Below the pieces are notes generated by a model that saw nothing but the letters and a program-made list of their open reading frames with translations, had not been told where the DNA came from and did not search any database. A stretch of 64,000 nt of DNA from an uncultured Roseburia sp. (lineage in GTDB: Bacteria > Bacillota > Clostridia > Lachnospirales > Lachnospiraceae): assembly GCA_947038265.1 (NCBI GenBank), contig CAMQVP010000001.1, forward strand, positions 124,968 through 188,967. Direction: 5' to 3'. Position numbers and translations under genes: made by a program. Below, one piece after another: positions 58,734 through 64,000 of this stretch. Each line of letters opens with the position of its first letter. The stretch's first letter is position 1.

Positions 58734-59177
58734 TTAATCCGCCTCCGTTTCTGTTACAAATTCGATTGGCGTAACCATTTTTATTTCATTCGTTTGATAC
58801 TTTAACAGCCGCTTATCCGTGGATATAAAATAGCTGCATTCCGCATAAATCGCCGAGGCAACATGACAGGCATCTTTAAATTTGATGCCAGTCTCCATAA
58901 TTTTCTGCGCTTTTTCCTCAATTTCTTTTTGGCATCTATCCCCTACATATACATGTGTATGTTTGTTCATAAACTCAAAAATTGTATTTTTTCGCATTTC
59001 AAATGGATTCTGGCTGCATTCGTACCTAAGCATATACGATGCGGCCATTTCCAGTTTTCTTTCTTTTATCAGGTTTTGAATATGAAGCTTACACTGCGTT
59101 TCCATTGCTACTTTCAACTGTGACTGATCATCATACGGCCTGTTGAAACAACACATATCAAGATAAACCCTCAACAC
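58734..59177 (-). CDS. PIN-domain (VapC-like) putative ribonuclease toxin
   Basis: The N-terminus reads VYLDMCCF. The C-terminal motif KDACHVASAIYAECSYFISTDKRLL fits the VapC pattern DAxIAAxA...LvTxDxxF. A GTG start is likely. Confidence 0.5.
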   Translation of the reverse strand: MLRVYLDMCCFNRPYDDQSQLKVAMETQCKLHIQNLIKERKLEMAASYMLRYECSQNPFEMRKNTIFEFMNKHTHVYVGDRCQKEIEEKAQKIMETGIKFKDACHVASAIYAECSYFISTDKRLLKYQTNEIKMVTPIEFVTETEAD

Positions 59178-59352
59178 CGCACCCCCTCTTGTTTTTTAAT
59201 TATAGCATAGATCTATCATTATGCAACTTGGTAAATCCTTGATTATTTCAAAAATTTTTCATTCCTGCCAAATATATTTCTAACACCTATTTGCATATAG
59301 GAATAATATATTTTTGAAAAAGATTATCTGCAACGCATAATTCTATATTTTT

Positions 59353-59376
59353 TTGACAGCAATTTTGACAGCAACG
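59353..59376 (+). repeat. Pair of TTGACAGCAA direct repeats ~115 bp inside attR (candidate arm-type sites)
   Basis: The sequence ttgacagcaattttgacagcaacg matches 42766-42789 with a single 1-nt indel. Confidence 0.6.
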
Positions 59377-59487
59377 CCAACAGCACAATAGAACACAGAA
59401 CAACACTATATGCACGAAATGTCTGAAAAGCCGAAATCCACAGCATGATATGATACCAAAAAACACCACATAAAAGCGATTCTTATT

Positions 59488-59536
59488 ATTTAGGTTCTGG
59501 TGGGAGACCGTGCAGGTTCAAGTCCTGTTACCCGCA
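59488..59536 (+). repeat. attR-side direct repeat: displaced copy of tRNA-Leu(TAG) 3' 49 nt
   Basis: The sequence atttaggttctggtgggagaccgtgcaggttcaagtcctgttacccgca is identical to the tRNA 3' end. No 5' half of a tRNA lies upstream. Confidence 0.9.
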
Positions 59537-59543
59537 TATACAG

Positions 59544-59588
59544 ACTAAAAACTATAGAACATTGCGGCATATGTTCTATAGTTTTTAT
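59544..59588. terminator. Terminator hairpin just outside attR
   Basis: The hairpin ctatagaacat-tgcggc-atgttctatag is followed by TTTTT. Confidence 0.6.
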
Positions 59589-59739
59589 TGGTTTAACTTA
59601 AATTTCAGGTTTTTGCCGCTTCTGATGATTTTATGTTTCCGAAACGCTTTGCTTTCAGATTAATTTCTTACATATTTTCTTTCTTCCTTAATAACATAAT
59701 ATTCCAACTCCAACGCTTGCCGCCGCCTCCAAATTTTAA

Positions 59740-59768
59740 TTGAAAAAATCCGCCAAACATCGTATAAT
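59740..59768 (+). promoter_or_regulatory. Sigma-A promoter (TTGAAA-17-TATAAT) for the downstream MCP gene
   Basis: TTGAAA at 59740-59745, a 17-nt spacer and TATAAT at 59763-59768 are present. Confidence 0.5.
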
Positions 59769-59805
59769 AAAAAGAAAAATGAGACGTTTATGGAGGTTTA
59801 ACCAC

Positions 59806-61317
59806 ATGCAGACAAGACTTGAAGATATCACGGATGATTTATCTGATGATCTTATTGCAGAACAGGCAAAAAACAAAGTAGTTGTAATCGGCATGGACGC
59901 GATGAATCTAATACTTGCCATTTCATATTTTATTGAAGTGTTAAAAAACCAGCGCTCTCTGCCGGAATACCTAATTGTATTTCTCTTAACCATACTCCCT
60001 ACCGTCATTATGACCGCTGTTTTCCTAAAAGACAAAACAGCAGCCTCTATACGCTATATCGCCATGATATCTTACATTATCTTCTATGCTTACGTCATGC
60101 TGACAACAGATAAAATGATCGTATTTTGCTATATCATCGTACTTATGACCCTGCTTATGGTTTATGGCAGGCTCCGTCTTGCCCTTATCTGTAGCGCCAG
60201 CGGTCTTCTTATCAACATTATAAGCGTAACAAAGCTGGCTCTCACACGCCATTTAAGCCTTGCTTTTATTACAGAAATTGAAGTTGCGATTGCTTGTATT
60301 GTACTAATGTCCTTTTACAGCATCATGACGTCCAGACTAAACGAACGGATCAACGCCAGCCGTATCCACAGACTGGATCAGGAAAAAAAGCAGACTTCCG
60401 AATTCCTTGAAACTGCGTTAAGCATAGCCGGTTCCATGGAACACAGCATTAAAGTCCTTACAGATGAAACCTATAAACTGGACGTTTCAATTAGTGACAC
60501 AAAATCTTCCATGGAAGACTTAGCCGAAGGCGCGGAGCATACAGCGGAAGCGATTATGACCCAGCAGGAAAAGACTTCTGAAATACAACAAGATATCCTA
60601 ACGCTTGAAGGAGTTGCCGGACAAATCACCGGACAGGTAAAAACTTCCGAACAGATTGTATCCGACAGCAAACTAACAATGGAACAGCTCTTAGAACAGG
60701 TCGCAAATTCCGAAAAAACCAGCCAGTATGTGGCAGAGCAAATGCAGGAATTGAAAGCCCATACCAGCCAAATGCAGGATATCCTGACCTTGATTAACAA
60801 CGTAGCCTCACAGACCGGAATGTTAGCGCTTAACGCCAGTATAGAGGCTGCAAGGGCAGGAGAAGCCGGAAAAGGATTTGCCGTCGTGGCCGATCAAATT
60901 TCCTCATTGTCCGCTCAAACGAAAAACGCAACTGGAAATATCCACCAGCTCATTGAAGGCATAGGCCAAGCGCTGGAACAAACAGCCGCTTCCATAAACA
61001 GCCTGTTAGACAGCAACCGCGCGCAGACAGAATACGTCAATGACACTGCAAAAGAATTTTCAGAAATACATATCGCAGTAAACCAAATTTTACAAGAATC
61101 AGACCATCTGGACAAAATCGTGCAAACCGTATCAAAGGCCAATGGACAAATCACAGAAAGCATTCAAAACGTATCCGCGAGCACAGAACAAATTACCGCA
61201 AAAGCCGCGGAAACGCTTGAAGGAGCAAACGCAGACAAAGACAGCGTAGAAAAAACGCTTTCCATCGTCGAACAATTAAAAGAATATGCCGCTAGGTTAA
61301 GCAGCCGGCATCCCTAA
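59806..61317 (+). CDS. Membrane-bound methyl-accepting chemotaxis protein (multi-TM N-terminus + MCP signalling domain)
   Basis: About six N-terminal TM helices are followed by the signalling core [37 protein letters not shown]. The start sits at an ATG after TGGAGG. Confidence 0.85.
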   Translation: MQTRLEDITDDLSDDLIAEQAKNKVVVIGMDAMNLILAISYFIEVLKNQRSLPEYLIVFLLTILPTVIMTAVFLKDKTAASIRYIAMISYIIFYAYVMLTTDKMIVFCYIIVLMTLLMVYGRLRLALICSASGLLINIISVTKLALTRHLSLAFITEIEVAIACIVLMSFYSIMTSRLNERINASRIHRLDQEKKQTSEFLETALSIAGSMEHSIKVLTDETYKLDVSISDTKSSMEDLAEGAEHTAEAIMTQQEKTSEIQQDILTLEGVAGQITGQVKTSEQIVSDSKLTMEQLLEQVANSEKTSQYVAEQMQELKAHTSQMQDILTLINNVASQTGMLALNASIEAARAGEAGKGFAVVADQISSLSAQTKNATGNIHQLIEGIGQALEQTAASINSLLDSNRAQTEYVNDTAKEFSEIHIAVNQILQESDHLDKIVQTVSKANGQITESIQNVSASTEQITAKAAETLEGANADKDSVEKTLSIVEQLKEYAARLSSRHP

Positions 61318-61363
61318 TATCCGGTACGGATTTTGATAAAGAACAATTAGGAGGATGTATGAA

Positions 61364-64000
61364 ATGAATCAACCAAAACACATGAAACACCATGTCAAAA
61401 AATGGATGCTGTCTGCGCTGATTTGCATCTGTTTGATTATGACGCTGATTCCTGTTGAATATTATGGATTTTCTATTTCAGGAACAGGAAGCGAAGGTTT
61501 TGCCGCGCGTATAGAAGCGCTGTCTTTTGAACCACTTCCAATGGATATTAGTTTACAGACTGTAGAGCTGGGCGCTCCATTAGAAGATTTAAACCTGCCA
61601 AATACGCTGACGGCGTTCTGCCGTCAGGTAACCGGAAACGATTCAGAAACACCGCCGGAAACAGAATCGGAGCCGGAAGAATCCACACAAACGACAGAAA
61701 CACAACAGCCGGAACCAACAGAATCCACACAAATGCCAGAGACGGAAACACAACAGCCGGAAACGACGGATTCCACACAAATGCCGGAAACGGAAACCCA
61801 AACGCCGGAAACGACGGATTCCACACAAATGCCGGAAACGGAAACCCAAACGCCGCCAAAACCGGAAACGGAACAGACCCCGCCGCCACAGCCGGAACTG
61901 CCTCCTTGGCCAGAAAACACGGACTCCTCTTCTCAAAATGGCGGCGAAACGCCTGAAGATCCCACGGTTCCTCAAGAAATTCCACAACAGCCAAAACAGG
62001 ACAGCGAACCCGCCGTCCCGTCTGAAACATCGACGGTAAAACCAGCGGATACGCCGGTTTCCGTCGAAAATGACAACGCAAAAACAACATCCGTAACAAT
62101 AGAGGAACATTATTCCGCAAACGAAACCTCCATGGAATTTAAAGAAGTTTCCTTGAAAGGATCGGATCTTTTGGGGCAGACTTCTATCATTGAAGGTATC
62201 CTCTGGAAAAGTTCTCCCGAATACGATGCCACAACGGAAGGAACGTATTTTTTTACGCCTATCCTTCCGGCAGGCTATACACTGGCAGAAGGCGCAGCCC
62301 TTCCTGAAATCACGGTTGTCGTAGGCAATCCCGAACTCTATACATTACATTCTTTAGATGAAGAAGAAATGCCGAAAAGCAAACCTGCTTGTGGGACAAT
62401 AAGCGAAAATACCATTTGGGAAGCAGGCTCTTTGCCGGACGGGGAACTTATCATCAATGCCGGAACCACGCTTACTTTAACTGGAGCCGTATCAGTTGAG
62501 GGCTCTGTTTCCATCTCTGGAGGAGGAACGATTGCAAGAGGAAACGCGCAGGCCTGCCTTTTAGTAAAAGCAGGGAAAAGCCTGACTATAAATGACACGG
62601 TAATTTCCGGCTCTTCCATACCTTCTGGCGAATCTATGATTTCCGCAATGATGGGAACGGTCACTTTAGGAAACGGATGCCGGATTTTAGACTGTGTCAA
62701 AGAAGTGCCGGACAGCGGCGCTGGAACGGCAGAAAGCGGCGGCGCAACGTCTGGCAGCGGCACAGGCGGAGCCGCAATCCATCTCAACCGGAGTTCTGCC
62801 ACACTGGAGCAAGCGGAAATTTCAAATTGTTCTTCTTCCTTCCGCGGCGGCGCCGTTTATGCAATGGGAAGCGCCATCACCATAAATGGCGGAACTTACC
62901 AGAATAACAGGACGACCGCGGCCCAACCCCGCGGAGGAGGATTTCTCTATAACGATGCTTCAAATGTCACGATAAATAGCGGCAGTTTTATAAACAATTC
63001 TTCCACAGGGCAAGGCGGCTGCATCTATCACAGCGGCGCCGGAGGCACAGAAACAAAACTGGCAGGCGGCTATTTTCAGGGAAATGTCTCGTCTATGGAA
63101 GGCTGTCAGGGAAGCGGGGCAATCTGGAATTCTTCTGTTGCGACAGGTCAGACAAAACTCTCCCTCTCTGGAGCCGTGCAATTTTGCGGAGATGGCAGGG
63201 AAAAATCCGGAACAGACGGCATCTATCTGGATCAGCAGGACGAAACACAGCGGAAAATATACATAACGGGCGCGCTAAACACTGCCACTACTATCTATGT
63301 AAAAGCAAGTGAAGGCTATGTCATTGCAGAAGGGGAAGGGTATACGCTGACAGACAGGGATATGAAAAAAATTAAATTTGTGGACATAGCAAATTCTGAC
63401 CGCATCTGGTATGCGGTGTTAAATGCCGAAACAAACCAAATTTATATCTCTGAGACCGATCCGGAATATGGTTTAACGGTCTCATACATCAGCAACGGGG
63501 CGCAAGGCTCGGTCATTGACGAAACCCTTTATCATGCCGACGAAAGCATAACGATAAAATCCGCTGATGCGCTCAGTCTTGACGGTCAGTTTTTCATTGG
63601 CTGGAATACAGCCTCAGACGGTTCTGGCATATTTTACCAGCCGGGCAGTGTTGTTTCAAACCTGACAGATGATTTAACGCTTTACGCTATTTTTACGGCT
63701 TCCCTTTCCGCCAAATTCTATTCGGGAAGCGCAGACACATTTGAAACGATAGACGGCAAAGACAACGGCGGCATGATTCATCTGCCGGAATTAAAGCCGA
63801 TGGAAGGATACACGCCGATAGGCTGGGCGCTGGAAGATTCGGCAGATTATATAGGCGGATTTAAGCCCGGCGACTCCTATACCTTACTAAGAGACGCTTC
63901 CTTCTATGGAGTATACCAAAAACCCATTGCCCTCTCTTACGATGCAAACGGAGGAGAGGAAACGCCGCGTGGACGGACAAACCAGCTTTTTGCCAATGTA
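61364..64000 (+). CDS. Large secreted surface protein (partial, continues past window): signal/TM anchor, Pro/Thr/Glu-rich repeat linker, parallel beta-helix (PbH1-like) repeats, Listeria-Bacteroides repeats
   Basis: The N-terminus reads MNQPKHMKHHVKKWMLSALICICLIMTLIPV. ESTQMPETETQQPETT repeats follow. Gly/Asn-rich beta-helix segments read GGAVYAMGSAITINGG and GGCIYHSGAGG. The Listeria-Bacteroides repeats read DGQFFIGWNTASDGSGIFYQPGSVVSNLTDDLTLYAIF and GYTPIGWALEDS...ASFYGVY. It is not in the ORF track because there is no stop in the window. Confidence 0.75.
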   Translation, partial: MNQPKHMKHHVKKWMLSALICICLIMTLIPVEYYGFSISGTGSEGFAARIEALSFEPLPMDISLQTVELGAPLEDLNLPNTLTAFCRQVTGNDSETPPETESEPEESTQTTETQQPEPTESTQMPETETQQPETTDSTQMPETETQTPETTDSTQMPETETQTPPKPETEQTPPPQPELPPWPENTDSSSQNGGETPEDPTVPQEIPQQPKQDSEPAVPSETSTVKPADTPVSVENDNAKTTSVTIEEHYSANETSMEFKEVSLKGSDLLGQTSIIEGILWKSSPEYDATTEGTYFFTPILPAGYTLAEGAALPEITVVVGNPELYTLHSLDEEEMPKSKPACGTISENTIWEAGSLPDGELIINAGTTLTLTGAVSVEGSVSISGGGTIARGNAQACLLVKAGKSLTINDTVISGSSIPSGESMISAMMGTVTLGNGCRILDCVKEVPDSGAGTAESGGATSGSGTGGAAIHLNRSSATLEQAEISNCSSSFRGGAVYAMGSAITINGGTYQNNRTTAAQPRGGGFLYNDASNVTINSGSFINNSSTGQGGCIYHSGAGGTETKLAGGYFQGNVSSMEGCQGSGAIWNSSVATGQTKLSLSGAVQFCGDGREKSGTDGIYLDQQDETQRKIYITGALNTATTIYVKASEGYVIAEGEGYTLTDRDMKKIKFVDIANSDRIWYAVLNAETNQIYISETDPEYGLTVSYISNGAQGSVIDETLYHADESITIKSADALSLDGQFFIGWNTASDGSGIFYQPGSVVSNLTDDLTLYAIFTASLSAKFYSGSADTFETIDGKDNGGMIHLPELKPMEGYTPIGWALEDSADYIGGFKPGDSYTLLRDASFYGVYQKPIALSYDANGGEETPRGRTNQLFANV
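61677..61860 (+). repeat. 48-bp (16-aa) tandem repeat x ~3.5 encoding ESTQMPETETQ(Q/T)PETT linker
   Basis: The unit gaatccacacaaatgccggaaacggaaac(a/c)caa(c/a)(a/g)ccggaaacgacg recurs with period 48. Confidence 0.8.

Larger units (their letters stand above)
42662..59536. mobile_element. ~16.9-kb integrative genomic island (degenerate integrative mobilizable element) inserted in the 3' end of tRNA-Leu(TAG)
   Basis: A perfect 49-bp direct repeat (42662-42710 = 59488-59536) bounds the element. Inside are a tyrosine integrase, two xis-like HTH genes, phage-type recombination genes, mobC plus a truncated relaxase, and paired TTGACAGCAA repeats near both ends. Confidence 0.85.

Noticed and set aside
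61548-62120. Minus-strand ORFs of 190, 98 and 155 aa
   Set aside because: They are antisense to the PT-rich tandem-repeat region of the plus-strand surface protein gene, so they are repeat-induced artefacts.

Overview
This window looks like a Clostridia-type (Firmicutes) chromosomal segment with dense minus-strand housekeeping genes. Between these sit accessory blocks.

Core genes recognised:
- A rubredoxin-fused glutamate-synthase-domain protein (partial at the 5' edge).
- A BceS-like histidine kinase with an OmpR-family regulator, MscS, rimM, guaB, a PAP2 phosphatase, spoVAD-spoVAEb and ilvE.
- A split purine block: purE-purM-purN, a repeat-rich gap, then purD plus a HAD phosphatase.
- pyrE, a VanZ-like protein, and the conserved rpmG-secE-nusG-rplK-rplA-rplJ-rplL cluster. 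Unusually, rpoBC does not follow it.
- Two tRNA-Leu genes (CAG and TAG), each with a clean sigma-A promoter.

Accessory and notable content:
- A 2017-aa secreted multimodular protein: two LamG domains, a GH51-like clan GH-A catalytic domain, about ten Listeria-Bacteroides repeats and a BspA-type LRR. Three near-identical 228-bp tandem DNA repeats sit inside it.
- Two chemoreceptors, one with a C-terminal CZB zinc-binding domain, and a short orphan flagellin next to a decayed Rpn/PD-(D/E)XK nuclease gene.
- A 10-gene Mrp-like cluster in non-canonical order E-F-G-B'-B-C-D-D-D-A/L. It carries four antiporter-type modules and a NuoL-like lateral-helix subunit, resembling the Mrp arm of Mbh/Mbx complexes without any hydrogenase.
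- A ~16.9-kb genomic island inserted at the 3' end of tRNA-Leu(TAG), bounded by perfect 49-bp direct repeats and paired TTGACAGCAA arm-like repeats at both ends. It carries a 733-aa Walker A/B NTPase, xis and a tyrosine integrase. Its cargo includes an Rpn nuclease, a DUF5688-like gene, a Rad52 annealase, a YqaJ exonuclease and a DUF932 gene, which looks like a leading-region or anti-defence set. It also carries a 1231-aa LRR/Big_2/FN3 surface protein, an XRE regulator, a decayed mobC-relaxase module, a second xis and a reversed-order PIN pair.

I could run no homology searches. All functional calls rest on motifs read from the supplied translations.
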